64,000 nt of DNA from assembly GCA_002070455.1 (NCBI GenBank), contig MWDG01000001.1, positions 240-64,239 of the forward strand, written 5' to 3'. Below are positions 47,126 through 56,901 of the stretch, one piece after another. Each line of letters starts with the position of its first letter. Positions within the stretch are counted from its first letter, which is position 1. A model generated the notes under the pieces. The model did not search any database and had not been told where the DNA came from. It saw only the letters and a list, made by a program, of their open reading frames with translations. The DNA is from Deltaproteobacteria bacterium ADurb.Bin151. GTDB lineage: Bacteria; Desulfobacterota; Syntrophia; Syntrophales; Smithellaceae. The translations under genes were made by a program, and so were the position numbers.

Positions 47126-48319
47126 ATGATTGTTTCCAATTTAGATACAACAAGAGTTGCCGTTATAGGCCCGGGACGTCTTGGCACGTCGTTTGCGTAT
47201 AAGTTGGGACGCGATAACAAACGGGTCGCCATTTATTATCACAACTCGGAAGTATGCAAGGCCATTAACCGTGACCATTTAAATCCGATCCATTTAACTG
47301 AGGATTTAGCCAGGCGTTTGGGCGGAATGGACCAGGTTCCCCGTTTGTCGCAGAAAGTTTACGCGACGAACGACCTGGAGCATATCGTTGAAACCAACGA
47401 TTTCATTATTCTGTCGGTAACGATGAATCGTCTACCCGAACTGCTCAATTATCTGAAGCCGATGATTGACAGAAAGGCGGGTGACACCTGCCTGATATCA
47501 CCGATCAAGGGTTTGATTTCCGATGAAATATCGACTGAACTGATCACGCCGTCACAATTGATTCACAATCATTTGCGTCATCTGGAGAATAAATATCAGG
47601 TTGTGTGCATTGGCGGTCCTTTTTTTGACATGGATATCGCGCTGGGCAAACCGGTTTGCCTGACTGTTGCGGGGAATCGTCGTGCAGCCGGGATTATCCG
47701 GGATCATCTGCTGATGTTCAACCGCAAGGAGCTGAATGCCTATTATAATTTTGACAAAATCGGTGTGGAGGCCTGCGGAGCCCTGAAAAATATTGTTGCC
47801 AATATCAAGGGCTTGACGGATTCACTGGATCTGGGTGATTCGATGCCGGGCACGATCTTTGCCCGTTCCGGAGTGGAAATCCGCTCGCTGACCAGAGTGC
47901 TAGGAGGCAGTTTCCAGGCGTTTCACTCTCAGGCCGGCGTTGGCGATATGTATGTCACTGTTTCATCGCTGGCCAGCAAGAATTACCGTTATGGAAAGTA
48001 TTTCTATGAATTGTATACCGGTAATCCCATTGAAACGAACCTGAAGGTGCTTGGAAAAATTGACGGCACACCGGAAGGTCCCAACACGATCCGCAATGTT
48101 TATAAATATCTGGACAAGAAAAACATGTACAGCCCGCTTTTTTCCTGCGCTTATAATATTTTTAATAAAGGCGGCAACAAAGAGGCGATCAAAGACATGA
48201 TTATTCACGCCTGCCAGTTTGACAAGAGGAAGAATGAATATATTGGGCCTTTTTCCAGATTGATGTATCGCATCATTCCGGATTACTGGTACCGGCGCGA
48301 CAAGGAAATTTTCGATTGA
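47126..48319 (+). CDS. Divergent, elongated NAD(P)H-dependent glycerol-3-phosphate dehydrogenase-like protein (GpsA family)
   Basis: 397 aa. VAVIGPGRLGTSFA (Rossmann), GVEACGALKNIVA and AGVGDMYVT blocks align by eye to GpsA. Several insertions and a ~60-aa C-terminal extension. Confidence 0.6.
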   Translation: MIVSNLDTTRVAVIGPGRLGTSFAYKLGRDNKRVAIYYHNSEVCKAINRDHLNPIHLTEDLARRLGGMDQVPRLSQKVYATNDLEHIVETNDFIILSVTMNRLPELLNYLKPMIDRKAGDTCLISPIKGLISDEISTELITPSQLIHNHLRHLENKYQVVCIGGPFFDMDIALGKPVCLTVAGNRRAAGIIRDHLLMFNRKELNAYYNFDKIGVEACGALKNIVANIKGLTDSLDLGDSMPGTIFARSGVEIRSLTRVLGGSFQAFHSQAGVGDMYVTVSSLASKNYRYGKYFYELYTGNPIETNLKVLGKIDGTPEGPNTIRNVYKYLDKKNMYSPLFSCAYNIFNKGGNKEAIKDMIIHACQFDKRKNEYIGPFSRLMYRIIPDYWYRRDKEIFD

Positions 48320-48467
48320 CATTGCTTGATCCAATGAGAACCGGCTGATCCAGGCCGGGCCTGACGTCAGAGTTTTCAATTCATTCCTGAAAGTGAAACA
48401 AAGGTATTCCCCGGACAGACTGAAGGATAATTGACAAACAGAAAAAACGCAGACGGGGTTTGAAGAT

Positions 48468-50306
48468 ATGTGGAAGCAGAAAATCGTTTCTCCCGAAAAC
48501 ATGCTGGCTAAAATTGATCCGGGCATGAGCATCTTTCTGGGAACGGGAATGGCCGAACCCCGGACGTTGGTCAAGCACCTCATGGAATCCGATCAGTCCA
48601 ACCTGCAGGACCTGGAACTGATCCAGCTGGTCAGCCTGGGCGATGCCGTGGCCATTGATGAACGTTATGCCCGAAAATTTCGGTTAAAAACATTTTTCTC
48701 CGGATGGCTTGCATCCGATGCCATTAGCCAGGGGCGGGTTGACCTGATTCCCAGCCGTTTTTCGCGCGTTGCCTGGCTTTTTAAAACCGGAGTGATCAAT
48801 ATCGATGTCGCCTTTATCCAGGTTACTCCTCCCGATGAAAACGGCTATGCTTACCTGGTCGGGGCGTCTGTAGAAAAACAGGCCATGGAAATGGCTAAGA
48901 TCGTTGTCGGTGAAATCAATTCCCAGATTCCCCGGACAATGGGCGATACCCTGGTGAACATGGACGATTTCAATTACCTGGTTGAGGCAACCGAACCTCC
49001 ATATTATGTAGGCCGCTGGCCGCTTCAGGAGGTTTATCTGAAAATCGCTGCCAATGTGGCTTCCGTTATCCAGGATGGCTGCTGCATATCCTACGGGATC
49101 GGGCCACTTTTTGAAGCACTGGCCAAAGCGTTGACGATGAAAAGAAATCTGGGCGTGCACTCGCCTTTCTTTACGGATGCGCTGATGGACCTGGTCAAGA
49201 GCGGAGCCGTGACCAACCGCTATAAAAATATTTATCGTGGAAAGTCATGCGCCTCCTATGTCATTGGTACCAAAGAGTTGATGCAATGGCTCGATTTGAA
49301 TCCACTGGTGGAATTCCAGCCGCAGGATATCGTGATGGATCCCCGGGTCATTGGTCTAAATGATAATATGGTAGCCATTTTTCCGGCGCGAAAAGTCGAC
49401 CTGACAGGCGATATCGCGCTGCACTCCGGCAAGGGCAATGTTACTGCCGGACCGGGAAACGTACAGGAACTTTTTATGGGCGCGGCGCTATCCAAAAACG
49501 GCCGGAATATATTTGCCCTGCCCAGCCGTAACCGCAAAGGGCAGCCCAATATCAAGATATCCCTGGATAAATATCCTTTTCAATTCACCAATCGTGAGTC
49601 GATGGATGTTGTTGTAACAGAATATGGAGTGGCTTATCTGATGGGAAAGACACTGCGTGAGAGGGCACAGGCGCTCATTGAAATTGCGCATCCGGATGAC
49701 CGTCCGGAACTGGTCCGGCTGGCCAAGGAAGAAAAGATGATTTACGCTGATCAGATTTTTTATGCTGAATCCGGCCACCTTTATCCGGATAAAATAGCCT
49801 GTTCTCATAAATTCAAAGATGGTCTGGTGGTTCGTTTCCGGGCGATCAAACCGTCTGATGAAGAGGAAATGCGCCGTTTATTTTACCGGTTTTCGGATCA
49901 GGCGGTTTATTACCGCTACTTCAGTCCGATCAAAACCATGCCCCACAAAAAAATGCAGGAATATGTCAACGTGGATTATCGCTGCACCATGTCCCTTGTG
50001 GCCATCATTGACGAGTCCGGGGTTGAGAAAATCATCGGTGAGGCACGCTATGTCAGAACTAAAGGGGAACCTTTTGCCGACACCGCCTTTATTGTCGATG
50101 AACAATACCAGGGCATGGGCATATCAACCTATCTTTTCAATCTGCTGATCCGTGCGGCGAGAGAAGAGGGCGTTGCCGGACTGAAGGCCGATGTTCTGGA
50201 AAACAACCGGGCCATGTTGAAGGTTTACGAAAAAGCAATCTACCCCGTACAGACTGTTCTCTCCGGAGGAGTTTATAAAATTACGATTCCTTTTGATGCA
50301 AAATAA
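48468..50306 (+). CDS. Fusion of an acetyl-CoA hydrolase/transferase-family domain with a Pat-type GNAT acetyltransferase domain
   Basis: 612 aa. The N-terminal ~440 aa resemble 4-hydroxybutyrate/acetyl-CoA transferases. The C-terminal part, VRFRAIKPSDEEEMRRLFYRFSDQAVYYRYFSP...EARYVR...AFIVDEQYQGMGISTYLFNLLI...VLENNRAML, matches the GNAT domain of Pat/YfiQ-type protein acetyltransferases. Confidence 0.75.
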   Translation: MWKQKIVSPENMLAKIDPGMSIFLGTGMAEPRTLVKHLMESDQSNLQDLELIQLVSLGDAVAIDERYARKFRLKTFFSGWLASDAISQGRVDLIPSRFSRVAWLFKTGVINIDVAFIQVTPPDENGYAYLVGASVEKQAMEMAKIVVGEINSQIPRTMGDTLVNMDDFNYLVEATEPPYYVGRWPLQEVYLKIAANVASVIQDGCCISYGIGPLFEALAKALTMKRNLGVHSPFFTDALMDLVKSGAVTNRYKNIYRGKSCASYVIGTKELMQWLDLNPLVEFQPQDIVMDPRVIGLNDNMVAIFPARKVDLTGDIALHSGKGNVTAGPGNVQELFMGAALSKNGRNIFALPSRNRKGQPNIKISLDKYPFQFTNRESMDVVVTEYGVAYLMGKTLRERAQALIEIAHPDDRPELVRLAKEEKMIYADQIFYAESGHLYPDKIACSHKFKDGLVVRFRAIKPSDEEEMRRLFYRFSDQAVYYRYFSPIKTMPHKKMQEYVNVDYRCTMSLVAIIDESGVEKIIGEARYVRTKGEPFADTAFIVDEQYQGMGISTYLFNLLIRAAREEGVAGLKADVLENNRAMLKVYEKAIYPVQTVLSGGVYKITIPFDAK

Positions 50307-50324
50307 GGGCGCGACTGAAGAAAA

Positions 50325-50360
50325 ACACCTGCCGAGAAGTGTGCTTTTTGCGGCAGGTGT
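50325..50360 (-). terminator. Hairpin terminator downstream of the nagB-like gene
   Basis: 10-bp stem acacctgccg / cggcaggtgt with a 16-nt loop. On the - strand it is followed by TTTTT (complement of aaaaa 50320-50324). Confidence 0.6.
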
Positions 50361-50397
50361 CTGAGGGGTATGAACCAAATGACCAAAAGATCATGGA

Positions 50398-51357
50398 CTA
50401 GGTCAGGTTCCGAATAGCCACGTTTCTTTCCTTGAGCTCCCTGCGGTTCGCGAGAAGACCTTCGGCGGCAACATGGTCGAGGACATAAATCAATTCGCCG
50501 CCCCGTTTGGAATACTGCTGACCATAGGAAATGGGAATCTCGGGAGTGACGCCACCCAGGAGAGATCGTGTTACGGATTCCGTCTTTCGTGCGCCGTTGG
50601 CCAGAAGAACAACGGTTTTCGCCTGATAAACCAGTTCAGCCCCCATACTTACGGCATACTGCGGCGAATCCGCTTTCCTGCTGAAATGCCCGTCGGCAAC
50701 TGCATTATGGATGGTATTTTCGTCCAGCTTTACGAGCATCACCGAACTTCCTTTAAAAGGAATACCTGATTCGTGAAAGGCCACATGACCGCGGCCGCCC
50801 ACCCCGATAATTTGAAGATCAATCCCGCCTGCCGCCTTAATTTTCCTGGCGTATCCATCCAGAATTTCTCTCCGAATCCAGGTCAGGTATTCTGATGATG
50901 CTCTGGCATGGATGGCGATGGATTTTCCGGCGTCGGTACCCCTGAATTCCCAGTCGCTTTTGTTTTCCTTTAATTCCCTGATCAGCTTTTTCTGGTCAAT
51001 CAACGATCCGTAGGGAACGCGGGTTTCAATGAATTTCTTCTCCAGATGACTGAAAAGCTCCTGAATCATAAAATAAGCATAGCTTTCCGGATGCAGGACC
51101 CGCTGCTGAATGTTGTCACCGGGCAGGCCGACATATTCATCGAGGTTGAAACTGCGGATCCGGCCGGAATCAAAAAGACCTTCATTGGCTGCCCGGGCGA
51201 AGTGTTTGTAAAGCCCTGTTGGTGAGTTTCCCGTGGCCAGCCCCAAAACAGCCTTTTTTTTCTTTTTAAGAATATCTACAGTTTTTTTGATGACAAGCCC
51301 TGAAGCAATTTCACTCATGTGCGAGAAGTCTCTTGTCACCCAAACCATTATGCCCAT
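50398..51357 (-). CDS. Glucosamine-6-phosphate deaminase / 6-phosphogluconolactonase-family protein (NagB-like, with insertions)
   Basis: ATG 51357 with AGGAG 9 nt upstream. LGLATGNSPTGLYKHF and GVGGRGHVAFHESG motifs. Confidence 0.7.
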   Translation of the reverse strand: MGIMVWVTRDFSHMSEIASGLVIKKTVDILKKKKKAVLGLATGNSPTGLYKHFARAANEGLFDSGRIRSFNLDEYVGLPGDNIQQRVLHPESYAYFMIQELFSHLEKKFIETRVPYGSLIDQKKLIRELKENKSDWEFRGTDAGKSIAIHARASSEYLTWIRREILDGYARKIKAAGGIDLQIIGVGGRGHVAFHESGIPFKGSSVMLVKLDENTIHNAVADGHFSRKADSPQYAVSMGAELVYQAKTVVLLANGARKTESVTRSLLGGVTPEIPISYGQQYSKRGGELIYVLDHVAAEGLLANRRELKERNVAIRNLT

Positions 51358-51373
51358 AATGTGTTCTCCTGTC

Positions 51374-52723
51374 TTATCCAAGTTCACTTTTTACAATATC
51401 AGCAATCTGCTGACAATACTTTGCCGTCACTGTATCGGAAGGACCTTCCACCATCACACGACACATGTTCTGGGTGCCTGAATAACGAACCAGAACACGA
51501 CCTTCTTCACCCAGTTCTTTTTCCACCTGTCTGATGGCCTCCACAAGCTTGGGAACTTTTTCAATATCCGGCTTACGTTGGACATCCACGTTGATCAGTT
51601 TTTGAGGGAAAATATCCATCATGCGCGCCAGTTCGGAAAGCGGTTTGCCTTCTTTGATCATTGCGGCAACCAGCTGAAGGGCGGCAATGATACCGTCGCC
51701 CGTGGTGTGATGCCTGAGGAAGATCATGTGCCCTGCTTCCTCTCCTCCGATGACGGATCCAAGCCGCAGCATATCTTCGAGAACATAGCGATCTCCCACT
51801 TTGGCGGCATGGTGCTGAAAACCGTATTTCTTGCAGGCCATTTTTAAACCCAGATTGCTCATCACCGTACTGACCAGCAGATCATTTTTCAGTTTTCCTT
51901 CTTTTTTCAGAATGTTTGCACAGATAATCAGAATCTGATCTCCTGTGATCTCATTGCCCTTTTCATCCACCGCGATGAGGCGGTCACCGTCCCCGTCGAA
52001 AGCCAGCCCGATGGCCGCGCCGTTATCGACGACTGTTTTTCTGAGGCGTTCTGTGTGCTGGGATCCGCACTGGTCGTTGATATTGATACCGTTTGGCGTT
52101 TTGTGAATCGTTTCAACATCAGCCCCAAGTTCGTTAAAGGTGTCCTGCGCCACCCGATAGGTAGCGCCATTGGCGGTGTCCAAAACAATTTTCATGCCTT
52201 CCATGGAAAGGCGGCGGGGAAATGTGTTTTTAACAAAAACGATGTACCGGCCAATTACCCCTTCAAGCCGGAAAGCTTTGCCAATGCCGCTTGCCGGCGG
52301 CAAATATTCATTGAGCCTGTGATTCAGAATCAGGTCTTCGATTGTTTCTTCCTGGGCATCGGTAAGTTTGTAGCCGTCACTGCCAAATATTTTTATTCCA
52401 TTGTCCTGAAACGGGTTGTGAGATGCTGAGATCACAACGCCCGCGTCTGCACGCATGCTCTGGGTGATAAAAGCAATTCCCGGTGTGGGCAGCACACCGA
52501 CAAGATAAGGATTCCCTCCCATCGAGCTTATCCCCGCTTCCAGAGAACTCTCCAGCATGTACCCGGAAAGCCGGGTGTCCTTGCCGATAATGATCATGGC
52601 GCGGTGCCCTTCCTTTTTAAATAGATGCACCATGGCCCGTCCAACTTCAAAGGCAATTTCAGGTGTCATGGGATAACGGTTTGCTTCGCCTCTGATCCCG
52701 TCCGTTCCAAATAATTTACCCAT
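51374..52723 (-). CDS. glmM: Phosphoglucosamine mutase
   Basis: 449 aa. MGKLFGTDGIRG, ISASHNPFQDNGIK and GDGDR motifs. Confidence 0.92.
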   Translation of the reverse strand: MGKLFGTDGIRGEANRYPMTPEIAFEVGRAMVHLFKKEGHRAMIIIGKDTRLSGYMLESSLEAGISSMGGNPYLVGVLPTPGIAFITQSMRADAGVVISASHNPFQDNGIKIFGSDGYKLTDAQEETIEDLILNHRLNEYLPPASGIGKAFRLEGVIGRYIVFVKNTFPRRLSMEGMKIVLDTANGATYRVAQDTFNELGADVETIHKTPNGININDQCGSQHTERLRKTVVDNGAAIGLAFDGDGDRLIAVDEKGNEITGDQILIICANILKKEGKLKNDLLVSTVMSNLGLKMACKKYGFQHHAAKVGDRYVLEDMLRLGSVIGGEEAGHMIFLRHHTTGDGIIAALQLVAAMIKEGKPLSELARMMDIFPQKLINVDVQRKPDIEKVPKLVEAIRQVEKELGEEGRVLVRYSGTQNMCRVMVEGPSDTVTAKYCQQIADIVKSELG

Positions 52724-52784
52724 TGATTTTCTCCTTCTCTCAATGATTCACATTCTACAGGTGATTACATGTCGGGTTTTTTTA

Positions 52785-54014
52785 TCAACCTGTTGGCGGC
52801 AGAGCCTGGGCGGCTTTTTGAACAATGGCATCCACAATGCCGTTTAACCATGTGATGCCCTTTCCCGAAACCTCTGCCGGCAGACGCTGGATGGTTGATA
52901 TGTAATTCGCACTTTTATCTTTCGCGTTTTTTTCAAAGTCGTTTAGAAATTCCTCCCGGGCTATTTCTGTTGCGGTCATGATCTCCGGTATTTTCCCCGT
53001 GAAAAGTTCTTCAAGCCATCCGATCTTTGATAGCAATTCCTTTCTTTTGCTGCTTTCTTCGACGGGTGATATGGCGGCTTTTGCGGTCATCGCCTTTAAT
53101 CTTTTCAGGCGCTCCTTTCTGGCCGACAGAAGCTGCTCCAGAAGAGCTTCATAGATCAGAGTTCCGAATTCCATGGTTTCCAGAAACGGTTTTCTTACCT
53201 GTGAATACCACGACTCAAGGGCCGCAAGGTTTGCAAGATAAAGAAAATTATTTTTGATGATACGACCAAAATTAGGGTATGCCGCGGGAATATAATCTTT
53301 GGTTCCATTTGCGGGGGATTTTTCAAATATCATTTGATTGCCCCCGGGATAATCATGCCGCAGGATGGATCCTGCTGCCACGACATTGCCGAAACCCAGT
53401 CTCACCGGTCCGATGATTCCTCCCTGTCCGCCCAGAAAGATGGGGGGTTGGTTCAACATGACCCCCCGGGGGACATCCCCCAGCAGCGAGGGGGTTGTTT
53501 TGTCGGCATCCGGCGTGAAATTAAAATGGATGTAGGAGCTTCCCACTTCAGAATGATTACTGCGGCTGGTGCCGCCGGCCATGAAGCAGTCGCAGAAGTT
53601 GATCAGGCTTCCCAGCGTTACAAAGGGGAAAAGAATGGTCTGCTTTAATCCGACGGTGTGCGCGCCGCTGGCTTCTTCTTCCAGGATGCATCCCTCCCGG
53701 ACATGTGCTCCCCTACCCATGTTTGCTTTTTCCAGAAATACGGATTGGCTGAAAAAGCCTCCTTTTAACTCAACTTTCGGGCCGAGCCGGCAGTTATCAA
53801 TGGTTGCCGGACCTTCGTAGCCCAGCTGGCAGCCGGATGATATAACGGTTTTACTTCCATAAATCCGACAACCCGGATAAATCCGGACTCCTTTGCCGGA
53901 AATCTGATCGATATTGACATCGTCACCAATATCAATGGTTCCCGGATTGGGAATTTCTGCACCTTTTTCAATCAGCTGTTTTATTTTTTCATAGGATTTT
54001 TGTTTTAAATCCAT
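52785..54014 (-). CDS. Left-handed beta-helix (hexapeptide-repeat) transferase-like protein, GlmU C-domain-like, with a helical C-terminal extension
   Basis: 409 aa. Imperfect hexapeptide periodicity through residues ~25-230 (IDIGDDVNI, VRIYPGCRIYG, TIDNCRLGPKV, GFGNVVAAGSIL). First gene of the glmM/nagB-like operon. Confidence 0.55.
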   Translation of the reverse strand: MDLKQKSYEKIKQLIEKGAEIPNPGTIDIGDDVNIDQISGKGVRIYPGCRIYGSKTVISSGCQLGYEGPATIDNCRLGPKVELKGGFFSQSVFLEKANMGRGAHVREGCILEEEASGAHTVGLKQTILFPFVTLGSLINFCDCFMAGGTSRSNHSEVGSSYIHFNFTPDADKTTPSLLGDVPRGVMLNQPPIFLGGQGGIIGPVRLGFGNVVAAGSILRHDYPGGNQMIFEKSPANGTKDYIPAAYPNFGRIIKNNFLYLANLAALESWYSQVRKPFLETMEFGTLIYEALLEQLLSARKERLKRLKAMTAKAAISPVEESSKRKELLSKIGWLEELFTGKIPEIMTATEIAREEFLNDFEKNAKDKSANYISTIQRLPAEVSGKGITWLNGIVDAIVQKAAQALPPTG

Positions 54015-54053
54015 ACACTTTCTCCGGCTTCCTGAATTTCATTCCCATGACAC

Positions 54054-54086
54054 ACAGGGAACGGTCACTCAAGAACCGTTCCCTGT
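54054..54086. other. Perfect 11-bp-stem hairpin (acagggaacgg-N11-ccgttccctgt) between gdhA and the LbH gene
   Basis: Direct reading. No U-tract on either strand, so it is not a canonical intrinsic terminator. Confidence 0.5.
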
Positions 54087-54145
54087 TATTTCCTTGGTCC
54101 AGGCGCAAAGCGTCCTGCATCTTAATCTGACTCCCGACAATTTAC

Positions 54146-54180
54146 AGTGTAATAGTCTAATAGGCAATAGTCTATCAGCC
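54146..54180 (-). repeat. Degenerate 7-8-nt tandem array (tagtctaa taggcaa tagtctat cagcc on +) beginning 5 nt after the gdhA stop
   Basis: Direct reading. The reverse complement ggctgatagactattgcctattagacta shares TAGACT and GGCT words with the arrays at 8231 and 14520. Confidence 0.55.
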
Positions 54181-54185
54181 TTTTT

Positions 54186-55562
<1,377 letters not shown>

Positions 55563-55607
55563 TTAATAATTTATTTTTAACTTATGCGTTCTTCATAGAA
55601 AGCATTT

Positions 55608-56627
55608 TTATATTTTTATTCCTTCAATATCCTGCATTTTCTCATACTCCATCACGGTGGACATGGCCTTGTTGTCCACATCAAAGCCTGATTCACAGGC
55701 CGCGGCTATCGGATTTAAGCCGCCGATCAGAATCATTCCGATCTTGTTCATGTCCACATGGGTCTGGCACACGGGATGTCCCGTGTTACCGATAGACAAA
55801 ACACCGTGAATGCCGGCTCTGTCGAAATCGTCGATCACATGATTCACGAGGTTTCTGCTTAATGCAGGGATTTCACGGAAATTGGCCAGGATTTTTCCTT
55901 CGCCTTCTGCAGCCACCTGTGAAACGGATGTCATTTTGCCGCGAATGAAGATTTCCGACGGATCAAGGGAAGAACCGGCGTAATGGATCAATTCAACGAA
56001 TCTTAAAATTTCCCCCTTTCTCATCTGGAGAATGCCACCGAACTTGGAGTCAATGGGGATACCTTGTTTGAGCAGTACACCATTGATCACAATACTGCAA
56101 ACGGTAGCCAGGCCAATTTTGCCTTCGGGTACCAGGATATCGCCAAGGGTTTTTCCGGGCAGACCCACTGCCACGCGGGAACTGACAGCCAGTTTTTTTG
56201 CGAAAACAGGCTTCATGGCCTTCAGCGCCCTGGAAAATTGTTCCTTTGGGAAGAAAGAGATGTTTACTGGCACCATGCCGCGTTTCTTTTTGACGTCAAA
56301 AGTCGTCTTGAAGGACAGAACATCAATGCGTGAAATGGAAAGACCGATTTTATCCTGTACCCGGGCGTCGGATATTTCACTTTCCCCCTTGTCGGTAATC
56401 ATACGGCCGTCGCGCCGTCCCACCAGTTTGGTAAGACCGCGCTCGTCCATAATCTTGAGATGATATCTCACCGTTCGTTCGCTGAGCTGTATATTTTGTT
56501 CAAGCATCCGGCGCGCAATCACACGGGCTCCGAGCGGCTCCGCGCTTTCGTGGAGTATTTTCAGGATCAGGATTACCCTGCGTTCCAAATCTTCTGGTTT
56601 ATAAAACTCTTTCATATTTTTCTTCAT
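55608..56627 (-). CDS. nrpR: NrpR-like nitrogen regulatory repressor homologue (winged HTH plus one DUF128/NrpR regulatory domain)
   Basis: LERRVILILKILHESAEPLGARVIARRMLEQNIQLSERTVRYHLKIMDERGLT matches the archaeal NrpR N-terminal wHTH pattern, followed by ~250 aa of DUF128-like sequence. The start is uncertain (ATG 56627 or 56615, TTG 56666). Confidence 0.7.
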   Translation of the reverse strand: MKKNMKEFYKPEDLERRVILILKILHESAEPLGARVIARRMLEQNIQLSERTVRYHLKIMDERGLTKLVGRRDGRMITDKGESEISDARVQDKIGLSISRIDVLSFKTTFDVKKKRGMVPVNISFFPKEQFSRALKAMKPVFAKKLAVSSRVAVGLPGKTLGDILVPEGKIGLATVCSIVINGVLLKQGIPIDSKFGGILQMRKGEILRFVELIHYAGSSLDPSEIFIRGKMTSVSQVAAEGEGKILANFREIPALSRNLVNHVIDDFDRAGIHGVLSIGNTGHPVCQTHVDMNKIGMILIGGLNPIAAACESGFDVDNKAMSTVMEYEKMQDIEGIKI

Positions 56628-56901
56628 ACGGCAATCGGCAGCCGTTTGCCGTATGCTTACTGACAAACCTTTTTTTTGTCAAATAAAAAATACTATATTC
56701 TGTTGTCTTTATGATAAGTAATTGATATAATAGATAAATAATTAAATATGCGCGAAATCTGCGCGTCGGTTTATGTACAAAATACTTTCAGGCAAGCGAA
56801 AAGGATATTTGGGCAACAGGCCGTTGAGATGCCATGTGTCTTCCAATATACGGGTCAGACAGGCGCTGACCGTTTGAACAGGGCATAGTGTGAGAAAAGA
56901 T

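Noticed and set aside
54054-54086. The hairpin upstream of the LbH-glmM operon as a glmS-ribozyme-like or other riboswitch
   Set aside because: It is a single simple stem-loop with none of the multi-helix architecture of known amino-sugar riboswitches. It is kept only as an unexplained hairpin.
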